From NCBI GenBank assembly GCA_040882565.1, contig JBBEAZ010000024.1, forward strand, positions 196,857 through 260,856: DNA of 64,000 nucleotides, read 5' to 3'. The translations under genes and the position numbers were made by a program. Below, piece by piece: positions 9,369 to 17,791 of this stretch. Numbering within the stretch: position 1 is the stretch's first letter; every line of letters begins with the position of its first letter. A model generated the notes under the pieces. The model searched no databases. It was not told where the DNA came from and worked only from the letters and a program-made list of their open reading frames with translations. Source of the stretch: Dehalococcoidia bacterium (GTDB lineage: Bacteria > Chloroflexota > Dehalococcoidia > SM23-28-2 > RBG-16-64-32).

Positions 9369-10766
9369 ATGCCGACTCGCGAACAGCTAGCCCTGGAGAT
9401 GGCCTACACCAGCCCAGCAGACGGCGGCCTGCGCGACGCCGCTGCGTCCGAGAATAAGACACTCCCGATACACAGGTGGGTGCCCTGGATCGCAGGGTTT
9501 TCTTCGCAGTTCGTTCAGGATGTGATCTCGGCGTACCTTCCAACCAGCACCCGCAAAAGACACCTCATACTCGATCCATTTGCGGGCGTTGGTACAACAC
9601 TCGTCGAAGCCATCAAGGCCGGCCATGACAGCCTCGGATATGAGATCAACCCATTTGCGGCCCTTGCGGCGCGGGCGAAGATCGACTGTATCGAGGTTCA
9701 TCCTGGCGACCTAAGGGCAGAAGTAGATGCTTTCCGATACTCGATGCAGCGGTTCGAATCCGAAATCGACCACCAGTGGTCAGATGATCCCAAGGGCGAC
9801 ATACTGACCTCGTATCCGGAGCTGAGTGAACTTCGTCCTGGCTCGTTTCGCAGCCGGATACCGTTCTTTAGCGCCCCTGTGGAGGCGAAGTTTCTGTACG
9901 CGCTGGCTCGGACAAGAGCGCTGCTGGAACCAGATAAGGCTCTATTCCGGTCGGCACTCGGTGCGACCATGGTGTCATTCTCCAATTACAGCTACGAACC
10001 CAGCCTGGCATCGCGCCCAGGGTCCGGAAAGAGCCTGATAGATAACGCCTCCGTGGCCTCAGCCGTTTGCCGAAAACTCGAGGAGATGATCACTGATATC
10101 GAGTGGGCGAGGCAGACGTACGGCTACACATGGTTGTCAACTCAGCGACGCATGATCCATGGCTCATACTTCGATTCGGAATTGCCAGCAGCATCGGTGT
10201 CCCTCGTAGTGACCTCCCCTCCGTATATGAATAACTACCACTACGTGCGAAACACACGTCCGCAACTGTATTGGCTCGGATTCATCTCCAACGGCGGGAG
10301 CCGGCACCTTGAGGAAGAGAGTTTCGGGAAGTTCTGGCAAACCGTGAGACAGGGTCCCGACCTACGCCGTGAATTCGACCTACCAGAACTTGGACCCGTG
10401 TTGGACAGATTGAGTGAACGACACCCGGAGAAGGGTGCCTATGGTGGCCAAGGGTGGGTGAACTACATTGTGACGTACTTGAATGACGCTAACCGCCTGG
10501 TGGTGAACCTCAAGAAGCAGTTGCGGCGTGGGGGAGTTGCGGTAGTGGTCGTGGGGAACTCAATTATTCAGGGCACGGAGTTCAAGGTGGACCAATTGCT
10601 TGCTCAGCTTGCGCAGGGGCGAGGACTGAAAGCAGAAGCAATCCACATCGTTCGTACAAAGCGCACGGGTAACAGCATCATCGATTCGTCGGTCCGAAAC
10701 GGGGACAGCAACGGACACCGCGACAAGACCCAGTTGTACGACGCCGCGGTGATCCTTCGGCGATGA
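9369..10766 (+). CDS. Site-specific DNA methyltransferase (N4-cytosine or N6-adenine amino-MTase)
   Basis: AdoMet motif I LILDPFAGVGTTLVEA (about aa 66-80) followed by GYEINPFAALAARAK. Catalytic motif IV VVTSPPYMNNYHY lies about 210 aa further on. Confidence 0.8.
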   Translation: MPTREQLALEMAYTSPADGGLRDAAASENKTLPIHRWVPWIAGFSSQFVQDVISAYLPTSTRKRHLILDPFAGVGTTLVEAIKAGHDSLGYEINPFAALAARAKIDCIEVHPGDLRAEVDAFRYSMQRFESEIDHQWSDDPKGDILTSYPELSELRPGSFRSRIPFFSAPVEAKFLYALARTRALLEPDKALFRSALGATMVSFSNYSYEPSLASRPGSGKSLIDNASVASAVCRKLEEMITDIEWARQTYGYTWLSTQRRMIHGSYFDSELPAASVSLVVTSPPYMNNYHYVRNTRPQLYWLGFISNGGSRHLEEESFGKFWQTVRQGPDLRREFDLPELGPVLDRLSERHPEKGAYGGQGWVNYIVTYLNDANRLVVNLKKQLRRGGVAVVVVGNSIIQGTEFKVDQLLAQLAQGRGLKAEAIHIVRTKRTGNSIIDSSVRNGDSNGHRDKTQLYDAAVILRR

Positions 10767-10768
10767 CC

Positions 10769-11248
10769 TCATTTCGGAGGAAACTCGACGTCCCACCTGC
10801 TTGTCTTGACGCCCGGCCGGCCAATGCCCGGAATGTGGCTACCGAACCCACTGTTCTGCCAGGCAGGGCGATAAGTTTGGATTAGCGCATCCTCTGCAGC
10901 TCGAACGAACCAGTCTCCCTCAATAACCAGGAATCGGCACGTCACATCAGCCACGTCGATGTTGCTGCGCGCGACTATTTTCCGGTAGTGTTCGCCTAAC
11001 CTCCGACCCAATCGCGTGTGCAGCGCCTTGCCCGCATAAATCAGGTCGCCACGCCAGTAGAGCGCGTACACGCCCTTGCGTAGTGGAGCGACATCCTCTG
11101 TCATGGGATGAGCAGGGCTGGCTTCGAACTTTTCGATCAATTGGTGGTTGTACGCCTTGTCGAACTCGAAAACGAAGCCATGTAGATCACACATTTCGCC
11201 GCGGTATGTTATCCGGACGCGAAGCGATCCGCCACTGGGCGATGGCAA
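10769..11248 (-). CDS. GIY-YIG family type II restriction endonuclease (Eco29kI-like)
   Basis: 159 aa. KGVYALYWRGDLIYAGKA (GIY...YIG), RLGRRLGEHYRKI (Arg/His), CRFLVIE, AEDALIQTYRPAWQNSGFGSHIPGIGR...SRWDV. This layout matches my recollection of the Eco29kI/Cfr42I nuclease family. It is convergent with and 2 nt from the MTase gene. Confidence 0.6.
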   Translation of the reverse strand: MPSPSGGSLRVRITYRGEMCDLHGFVFEFDKAYNHQLIEKFEASPAHPMTEDVAPLRKGVYALYWRGDLIYAGKALHTRLGRRLGEHYRKIVARSNIDVADVTCRFLVIEGDWFVRAAEDALIQTYRPAWQNSGFGSHIPGIGRPGVKTSRWDVEFPPK

Positions 11249-11309
11249 AGCTTGACGCGCACGTTAGGGTCTGCCAACATACAGCACGCATCAAAGGAGG
11301 AAACCGCCC

Positions 11310-11747
11310 TTGGCTCAAGAAACCGCGACCGAGAAGAAAACCAACCCAATCCTTCCGTTCATCAAGATCCCTGATAAGTACCCTTCCGAAGACGCTTACC
11401 TCTGGGGGATGAAGTGCACAGCCTGCGGCGCCAAGTTCCTGGGCGCCCGGATCGCCTGCGGGAAGTGCGGCGAGACCGAGAAGCTGGAAGAAGTGAAGTA
11501 CGGCACCGAGGGCGAACTGTACGTCTTCGCGGTTGTCCACCAGTCTGCGCCCGGAGTCGAAACGCCCTTCATCGCGGGGATCGTCGATCTCGATGACGGG
11601 GTCTCCGTCCGCGCGAACATCTACGGGCTCGACCCAGAGAAGCCGGACCACTCGTGGTTCGGCAAGCGCGTGAAGATGTACAGCGAAGTCACCGGACAAG
11701 ACAAAGAAGGCAACGACGTCGTCGCGGCCAAGTTCAAGGTCGTTTAG
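11310..11747 (+). CDS. Zn-ribbon + OB-fold protein (DUF35 family, thiolase partner)
   Basis: CTACGAKFLGARIACGKCG zinc ribbon followed by an OB-fold segment (GELYVFAVVH...IAGIVDLDDGVSVRANI). It is directly upstream of a thiolase gene, the usual pairing. Confidence 0.8.
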   Translation: MAQETATEKKTNPILPFIKIPDKYPSEDAYLWGMKCTACGAKFLGARIACGKCGETEKLEEVKYGTEGELYVFAVVHQSAPGVETPFIAGIVDLDDGVSVRANIYGLDPEKPDHSWFGKRVKMYSEVTGQDKEGNDVVAAKFKVV

Positions 11748-11775
11748 GCCACCCAAGGAAGAGAAGGAGAATCAC

Positions 11776-12921
11776 ATGCGAGACGTAGCAGTTGTCGGCG
11801 CTAACATGCTCAAGTTCGGCCGCTACCCCGAGAAGGACGTCGTCCAGCTGGCGTCGGAGGCGACGATCGGCGCGCTCAAGGACGCCGGCATCGGCATCAA
11901 GGACGTCGAGATCCTCGTCAGCGGCAACCTGTACCAGTCGAACGCGATGGTGGGCCAGCGCGTGATGAAGGAAATCGGCGCCACGGGCATTCCCGTGATC
12001 AACGTGGCCAACGCCTGCGCAACCGGCTCGACCGCCTTCCGCGAGGCTTATTACGCCGTCGCTTCCGGCGCGTACGACATCGCGGTCGCCGTCGGCAGCG
12101 AGCAGATGGGCAAGATGGGCCTCCTTGGCGGCGGCGGCGGTGGTGACCGTGCCTACAGCACCGAGGGCGTAATGGGCACCGGCGGCATGCCGGGCGTCTT
12201 CGGCCAGGCGGGCGCGGAGCACATGCGCAAGTACGGCACGACGCAGGCGCAGATCGCCAAGATCGCGGTCAAGAACCACGAGCACGGCATGCTCAACCCG
12301 TACGCCCAGTACCAGAAGGAGACGCCGCTGGAGGACGTGCTCAACGCGCGCGTTGTCTCCTGGCCGAACACGCTGTTCATGTGCTGCCCCACCGGCGACG
12401 GCGCGGCGGCGGCAGTGCTGATGTCGGCCGAGAAGGCGAAGAAGTACACGACGAAGCCCGTCTGGGTGGCCGCGTCGGCGCTGAGCTCGGATCCTTACAG
12501 CGAGCGCAACCCGACGATGTTCGACATCAACACGGTGACCCGCATAGCCGCCAAGGAAGCGTACGCGACGGCGGGGATCGGGCCTGAGGACCTCGACATG
12601 GTCGAGCTGCACGACTGTTTCGCGACGGCGGAGCTGGTCCATTACGAGAACCTCGGGCTGTGCGCGGACGGCGAAGCGGGCAAGCTGATCGACGACAAGG
12701 AGACGTACAACGGCGGCAAGATCCCGGTGAACGTCAGCGGCGGGCTGCTGTCCAAGGGACACCCGCTGGGCGCGACCGGCGTGGCCAACATCGTCGAGGT
12801 CGTCTGGCACCTCCGCGAAGACGAAAGGGCCAAGAAGCGGCAGGTCAAGGGCGCAAAGACCGGCCTCGCGCACGTGATCGGGTTGGGCTCTGCCTGCACG
12901 ATCCACGTGCTCAAGCGCTAG
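11776..12921 (+). CDS. Thiolase-like protein (SCP-x/acetyl-CoA acetyltransferase type)
   Basis: 381 aa. MRDVAVVGANMLKFGRY..., active-site region VINVANACATGSTAFREA, C-terminal GGLLSKGHPLGATGV. Confidence 0.85.
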   Translation: MRDVAVVGANMLKFGRYPEKDVVQLASEATIGALKDAGIGIKDVEILVSGNLYQSNAMVGQRVMKEIGATGIPVINVANACATGSTAFREAYYAVASGAYDIAVAVGSEQMGKMGLLGGGGGGDRAYSTEGVMGTGGMPGVFGQAGAEHMRKYGTTQAQIAKIAVKNHEHGMLNPYAQYQKETPLEDVLNARVVSWPNTLFMCCPTGDGAAAAVLMSAEKAKKYTTKPVWVAASALSSDPYSERNPTMFDINTVTRIAAKEAYATAGIGPEDLDMVELHDCFATAELVHYENLGLCADGEAGKLIDDKETYNGGKIPVNVSGGLLSKGHPLGATGVANIVEVVWHLREDERAKKRQVKGAKTGLAHVIGLGSACTIHVLKR

Positions 12922-12965
12922 GGGCTTAGCCAAGCAGGCAAGCAAGCAAACAGGCAAACAGTGTG

Positions 12966-12997
12966 AGGGCCGGCGCTTTTGCCGGCCCTTCTGTTCG
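12966..12997 (+). terminator. Hairpin terminator candidate after the thiolase gene
   Basis: agggccggc-gctttt-gccggccct, a perfect 9-bp GC-rich stem (12966-12989), followed by a T-containing tail tctgttcg. Confidence 0.5.
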
Positions 12998-13049
12998 TGT
13001 GCCTCGTACCATATAATCCCTGCACTGATATGTGGGTACGGAGGGGGAT

Positions 13050-15059
13050 GTGCGCGCAAGAATAGCTGTCATTTCCCGCCTCGGCATCTTCGCGTTCGCC
13101 GCTGCCCTCTCTGTACTCGCTGGATCGGACTCTTTCGAACCGGGAACCGCTCATGGAGCGGCGTATACCGTGGTCAACATAGGCGGCGATAGCGACGACG
13201 GAGCCTGTCAGCCCCTGAACTTCATGAGCGGCACCGACTGCACGTTGCGTGAGGCCATCAATGCGGCAAATGCCGACGCCGTTGCCGACACTATTACCTT
13301 CACCAGCTTCGCCGCGGCGGCGGGAAGCGTCTCGCCAACTTCGGCTCTGCCCACGATCACCCAACCGCTCACCATCAACGGGGCCATTCCAGTCAGCCCG
13401 GTTACCGGGAGCGATAAGTTCAGGATCGATGGCGCCAGCGGCGGCTCCACCACGGATGGCCTCCATCCCACCGCCTCGCTCACCGTGCAGAACCTGATAA
13501 TCACGCGCTTCGGCGGCGAGGGCATCGAGTTCAACGCCGGCGGCAGCGTTTCCGGGAGTTTCATCGGGACCGACGCGAGCGGCACGCCCGGCCTCGGCAA
13601 CGATCGCGGCATCTGGAACAGGCTCAGCGGCGCCGTGACGCTCACCAACAGCACCATCAGCGGCAACGCCACCGGCGGCCTCGGCGGCGGCATCCAGAAC
13701 ACCAGCGGCACCGTGACGCTCACCAACAGCACGATCAGCGGCAACACGGCCCTCTCGGGCGGCGGCATCTACAACAGCGGCGGTCTCGGTACCGTGACTC
13801 TGACCGACAGTACAGTAAGCGGCAACACGGCTAACATCGGCGGCGGCATATATAGCGGCATCGCCGGCAGCAACTCCGTGACGCTGACCAACAGCACGGT
13901 TAGCGGCAACACGGCGACCGTGGGCGCCGGCGGCGGCGGCATCTACATCGCCGCCGGCACCATGACTCTCACCAACAGCACCGTCAGCGGCAACACGGCC
14001 AATGGCCCCGGGGGCGGCGGCATCTACGCCAATGGCACCTCCGCGACTCTGACCAACAGCACCATCAGCGACAACACGGCCAACGGCAGCGCCGGCGGCG
14101 GCGGCATCGCGACTTCCAGTACGCTGACGCTCACGAACAGCACCGTCAGCGGCAATATGGCGCGCCAGAGCGGCGGCGGCATCGCCAACTTCAACACCAT
14201 GACAGTCTCCAACAGCACCATCACCAACAACACGGCCGACAGCGATGCGGACGGAACCGGCGGCGGTGGCGGCATCGCCAACATCGGCGGCGGCACCGTG
14301 AACTTGAAGAACAACATCCTCGCCGGCAACTCCGACCCTACCAGCGACCCCGACTGCCTCGGCGAGCTGACCTCGCAGGGTTACAACCTAATCCAGACCG
14401 TATCGGCCGGGTGCAGCGTCACCGGCGACAGCACCGGCAACGTCACCGGCCAGGGTGCGGACCTCGGGCCCCTCGCCCTCAACGCCCCGGGCACGACCCA
14501 GACGCACTCGCTGATGGCCGGCAGCCCCGCCATCAACGCCGGCAGTCTGGACTGCCCGCCACCCGCGACCGACCAGCGGGGGGTGGCCCGTCCCCAGGTT
14601 GGCCGTTGTGATATAGGCTCCTACGAGTCGTCCTTCGCATCGCCCACGCCATCACCCAGTCCCACGCCATCGCCATCGCCCACGCCCACGCCGACGCTAA
14701 CCGCCACGCCAACGGTAACCCCAACCCCCACGGCCACACCCTCCGGCCAGACGCCGACTGTCACCCCCACCGCCACCCCGACAGCTACGCCCTTCGGCCA
14801 AACAGCGACCCCTACTCCGACTCCCGCACCACCAAAGCAGGGCGACACTAACTGCAACGGCCTGATCGAAGCCGGCGACGGAGTCGAGATCCTGCGCGAG
14901 AAGGGCGGCCTGGAGGCCGCGGCCTGCGTCGATCAGGGCGATGTCAATTGCGACCTGCAACGAGACGCCTGGGACACGCTGGACATCATCCGGTTTCTTG
15001 TGGGGCTCGGGCAGCCGGATACCCTCGTTCCCTGCACAGCCATCGGCGAGCCGCTCTAG
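13050..15059 (+). CDS. Secreted beta-helix repeat protein (CSLREA-type N-terminus, TLTNSTVSGNTA repeats) with variant Cys-dockerin-like C-terminal module
   Basis: GTG 13050 after SD ggaggggg (the ORF opens at 13032). Signal peptide VRARIAVISRLGIFAFAAALSVLAGS. CTLREAINAAN. More than 12 repeats of VTLTNSTVSGNTA..GGGI. Then LAGN...DCLGELTSQGYNLI...GPLALNAPGTTQTHSL..GSPAINAG...DQRGVARP..GRCDIGSYE. PT linker. C-terminus GDTNCNGLIEAGDGVEILREKGGL...ACVDQGDVNCDLQRDAWDTLDIIRFLVGL...PCTAIGEPL (14841-15056). Confidence 0.75.
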   Translation: MRARIAVISRLGIFAFAAALSVLAGSDSFEPGTAHGAAYTVVNIGGDSDDGACQPLNFMSGTDCTLREAINAANADAVADTITFTSFAAAAGSVSPTSALPTITQPLTINGAIPVSPVTGSDKFRIDGASGGSTTDGLHPTASLTVQNLIITRFGGEGIEFNAGGSVSGSFIGTDASGTPGLGNDRGIWNRLSGAVTLTNSTISGNATGGLGGGIQNTSGTVTLTNSTISGNTALSGGGIYNSGGLGTVTLTDSTVSGNTANIGGGIYSGIAGSNSVTLTNSTVSGNTATVGAGGGGIYIAAGTMTLTNSTVSGNTANGPGGGGIYANGTSATLTNSTISDNTANGSAGGGGIATSSTLTLTNSTVSGNMARQSGGGIANFNTMTVSNSTITNNTADSDADGTGGGGGIANIGGGTVNLKNNILAGNSDPTSDPDCLGELTSQGYNLIQTVSAGCSVTGDSTGNVTGQGADLGPLALNAPGTTQTHSLMAGSPAINAGSLDCPPPATDQRGVARPQVGRCDIGSYESSFASPTPSPSPTPSPSPTPTPTLTATPTVTPTPTATPSGQTPTVTPTATPTATPFGQTATPTPTPAPPKQGDTNCNGLIEAGDGVEILREKGGLEAAACVDQGDVNCDLQRDAWDTLDIIRFLVGLGQPDTLVPCTAIGEPL

Positions 15060-15098
15060 CTCGCATACCGAACCGGGTGTGATGTTTGTCATACCGCT

Positions 15099-15126
15099 TT
15101 GCGCGGGGGCCGTGCTGCAATAGAAT
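15099..15126 (+). promoter_or_regulatory. Sigma70-type promoter candidate
   Basis: TTGCGC (15099-15104), 16-nt spacer, TAGAAT (15121-15126). It is followed by SD aaggag and a 27-codon ORF that overlaps the MBL gene start. Confidence 0.5.
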
Positions 15127-15218
15127 GACCAACCAAGGAGACGAATGACGGAAACCGATACGACCGTGCGCCGCGATGGTGGCGCACAACTTGAATCCGG
15201 ATATTGCGGCGAGGCTCG

Positions 15219-15947
15219 ATGGAGCTAACGTTCCTGGGATCCGCCAACGCCTTCGCCTCCGAGGGCAAGTACTGGAGTTCTTTCATCGTCGACGGCAAGT
15301 ACCAGTTCGACTGCCCGCCGACGCTGCTGCCGCAGCTCAAGAAGCTCGGGGTCGTCCTCGAGGACATCGAGGTCATCTTCATCACCCACCATCACGGCGA
15401 CCATTTCGTCGGGCTGCCGTTCTTGATGCTCGAATACCTGTACATGACGAAGCGCACGAACGACCTCTATATCGTCGGGCCGCCGCACTGCGAGGAGTGG
15501 CTCGAGGACTTTGCCGAGCGCGTCTACCCGCACATCCTGCGTGAGTCGGGCTACCGGCGGATCTATGTCGAGGCTGACCCGTCACGGGACCAGCAGGCCG
15601 GCAGCCTGACGTTCCGCGCGTTCCAGATGAACCACGTGCCGAAGGACCACAAGGGCGCCTACGGGTACCGGGTGCAGATCGGGGACCAGATCGTGTCTTA
15701 CACGGGCGACACGATGTTCTGCGAGGAGGCCGTAGCGCTCGGCGACGGCAGCGATGTCTACGTGGTCGACTGCACTTACGCGGACGGCTGCGGGCCGGAG
15801 CACATGGGCCTCGAAGATGTCACGGTGATCCGCGAGCGGATCTCGCCGAAGACGACGATGATCCTGACGCACCTGAGCGAGCGGCCGAACATCAACGGGC
15901 TCAAGAATACGCTGATCGCCGAAGACCTGAAGACGTTCACGTTCTGA
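15219..15947 (+). CDS. MBL-fold metallo-hydrolase
   Basis: MELTFLGSANAF... and the ITHHHGDHFVGLPFL (HxHxDH) motif. ORF 15204..15947 trimmed to ATG 15219. Confidence 0.75.
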   Translation: MELTFLGSANAFASEGKYWSSFIVDGKYQFDCPPTLLPQLKKLGVVLEDIEVIFITHHHGDHFVGLPFLMLEYLYMTKRTNDLYIVGPPHCEEWLEDFAERVYPHILRESGYRRIYVEADPSRDQQAGSLTFRAFQMNHVPKDHKGAYGYRVQIGDQIVSYTGDTMFCEEAVALGDGSDVYVVDCTYADGCGPEHMGLEDVTVIRERISPKTTMILTHLSERPNINGLKNTLIAEDLKTFTF

Positions 15948-16000
15948 CGCCCGGGGTGGTTCAGTCGTGTATCTTTGAATGCTGGAAGGAGGGTCCGCCG

Positions 16001-16159
16001 ATGGTAACAAATGCCAAGAAGTCTAGACCGAGCGTCTCTAAGAAGAGCGTTAGCAGCAGCAGTAACAACAGCGGCCGCTCCCGCGACAAGGTCGCGAAAG
16101 TGACGCGAGTCGCTATAAAGACCTATGAGAAGGCCATGAAGGAGCTCGCAAAGCACTAA
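16001..16159 (+). CDS. Small basic protein, putative antitoxin of the Doc toxin
   Basis: ATG 16001 follows SD ggaaggaggg. 52 aa: MVTNAKKSRPSVSKKSVSSSSNNSGRSRDKVAKVTRVAIKTYEKAMKELAKH. Its stop overlaps the doc start (TAATG). The call rests on position and size only. Confidence 0.5.
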   Translation: MVTNAKKSRPSVSKKSVSSSSNNSGRSRDKVAKVTRVAIKTYEKAMKELAKH

Positions 16160-16683
16160 TGTCGATCTGGTACCCAGATCGGACAGACGTTGAAATCGTA
16201 GCGAAAGAGCTGGCTGCAATTTGGTTTCCCAAAAGGGAATCTGAGCAGCCAGCTCTTTTCGGTCTACTCAAGGGACCGGATGGTGCAGCCGCCCTGGAAT
16301 CTGCTCTGGGTATTGTCCAGCAGCCCTATTACAGGCAGCATCACCACAAGGCCGGCGCTCTTCTCCGGTCTCTTATCAAGAATCATCCGTTCGTAGACGG
16401 TAACAAGCGCATCGGTGTCATCACGACCATCGACTTCCTGGTAATGAACGGCCACATCTTGTACGCCACTGATGAGGAACTGGTCACTATTGCGCTCGAG
16501 ATTGCTAGGAGCGAGCCGGATATTCCCTGGCGAGACGTGGCCAAGTGGATTGGAGAGCGGTGTTTCTGTATGCGCAGTCGCTCTAAGCGCGTGAGCGAGC
16601 GGAGACTTGAGCGTCCCCAAGAGGTTCAAGGCAGGTTGCAGCAAATGCAACGCGCCTTCAGGGAAATCATGCCTGGAGCCTGA
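16159..16683 (+). CDS. doc: Doc (death-on-curing)/Fic family toxin
   Basis: Fic-fold motif in its Doc form, HPFVDGNKRIG (HxFxDGNKR). 174 aa. Lower-GC stretch. Confidence 0.8.
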   Translation: MSIWYPDRTDVEIVAKELAAIWFPKRESEQPALFGLLKGPDGAAALESALGIVQQPYYRQHHHKAGALLRSLIKNHPFVDGNKRIGVITTIDFLVMNGHILYATDEELVTIALEIARSEPDIPWRDVAKWIGERCFCMRSRSKRVSERRLERPQEVQGRLQQMQRAFREIMPGA

Positions 16684-16743
16684 GCCAATACCAATACCCG
16701 CGGCGGGCTGTCACGTGAAACGCGGAGCCTGTACTCTCTCAGC

Positions 16744-17733
16744 ATGAGTAAAACCGTAGCGATACTCGGCGCGGGGAACATGGGGACCGCGATCGCGCAG
16801 GTGGTGGCGTCGAACGGGCACCGGGTGCGGCTGTGGTCGATCGAGCATGACGTGCTGGAGGAGGTGCGGGACAAGCACCTGAACACTCGCTACCTGGACG
16901 ACGTGCGTTTGCACGACAACGTCGAGGCCGTGTGGGAGCTGGAGGCGGCGGTGAAGGGCGCGTTCCTCGTCGTGGTCAGCGTGCCTTCGCAGGTGGTGCG
17001 GGCGGTGGCCAAGGACCTGGCCGGGGTCGTGGAGCCGGGGCAGCTGGTGCTGAACGTGGCGAAGGGGCTGGAGGCGGGGAGCCACCGGCGAATGAGCGAG
17101 GTGGTCGGCGCGGAGCTGGGGCCGGAGTGCGCGCGGTACGTCGGCAGCATGGGCGGGCCGGCGGTGGCGATCGAGATGGCGCGGGGGCAGCCGGTGGCAG
17201 TTATCATCGGGTTCCCGGGGCAGGACGAGGCGATTGCCTGCCAGGCGATCCTGCAGAACAAGCACCTGAAGGTGCAGGCGACGCAGGACCTGACCGGGCT
17301 CGAACTGTGCTCGATGCTGAAGAACGTGTACGCGATCGCGCTGGGGATCGCCGACGGGCTGCACCTGGGGACCAACGGCAAGGCGTTCCTGACGACGATC
17401 GCGCTGGACGAGATGGCGACAATCGCGATGGGCATGGGGAGCGAGCGGGAGACGATCTACGGGCTGGCCGGGCTGGGCGACCTGATCACAACGGGCTTCA
17501 GCGCCCACAGCCGCAACCGCACGCTCGGCGACAGGCTGGGCTCGGAGGGCGACTGGCAACAGTTCCTGCGCACAAACACGGTCGAAGGCGTGACTGCAGT
17601 GCGCTCGATGACGGAGCTGACGATCGGGCGGGGCGAGTTCCCGCTGCTGGCGATGCTGCACCGAGTGCTGTTCGAGGAGGAGCCGGCGCCGGCGGCGATG
17701 CGGGGGTTTCTGGAGGGGTTCAGCTACGCTTGA
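16744..17733 (+). CDS. gpsA: NAD(P)H-dependent glycerol-3-phosphate dehydrogenase
   Basis: MSKTVAILGAGNMGTAIAQVVASNGHRVRLW...HLNTRYL..., NVAKGLE, LKNVYAIALGI, full-length GpsA pattern. Confidence 0.9.
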   Translation: MSKTVAILGAGNMGTAIAQVVASNGHRVRLWSIEHDVLEEVRDKHLNTRYLDDVRLHDNVEAVWELEAAVKGAFLVVVSVPSQVVRAVAKDLAGVVEPGQLVLNVAKGLEAGSHRRMSEVVGAELGPECARYVGSMGGPAVAIEMARGQPVAVIIGFPGQDEAIACQAILQNKHLKVQATQDLTGLELCSMLKNVYAIALGIADGLHLGTNGKAFLTTIALDEMATIAMGMGSERETIYGLAGLGDLITTGFSAHSRNRTLGDRLGSEGDWQQFLRTNTVEGVTAVRSMTELTIGRGEFPLLAMLHRVLFEEEPAPAAMRGFLEGFSYA

Positions 17734-17791
17734 GGCGGCGGTGTAGCGAATGGGCGCGGCACGCGTCTTGTTTAGGGGCAACTACAGGACA

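Noticed and set aside
14621-14857. ORFs made of GVGVGVG / GEGVGVG repeats opposite the linkers. Examples: 14621..14857 (-), 63304..63642 (+), 30723..31226 (-), 29283..29714 (-).
   Set aside because: They are the reverse complement of Pro/Thr/Ser linker coding sequence and are not independent genes. I also considered these regularly spaced short repeats as possible CRISPR-like arrays. I dismissed that because there are no spacers, the periodicity is in frame, and they lie inside CDSs.
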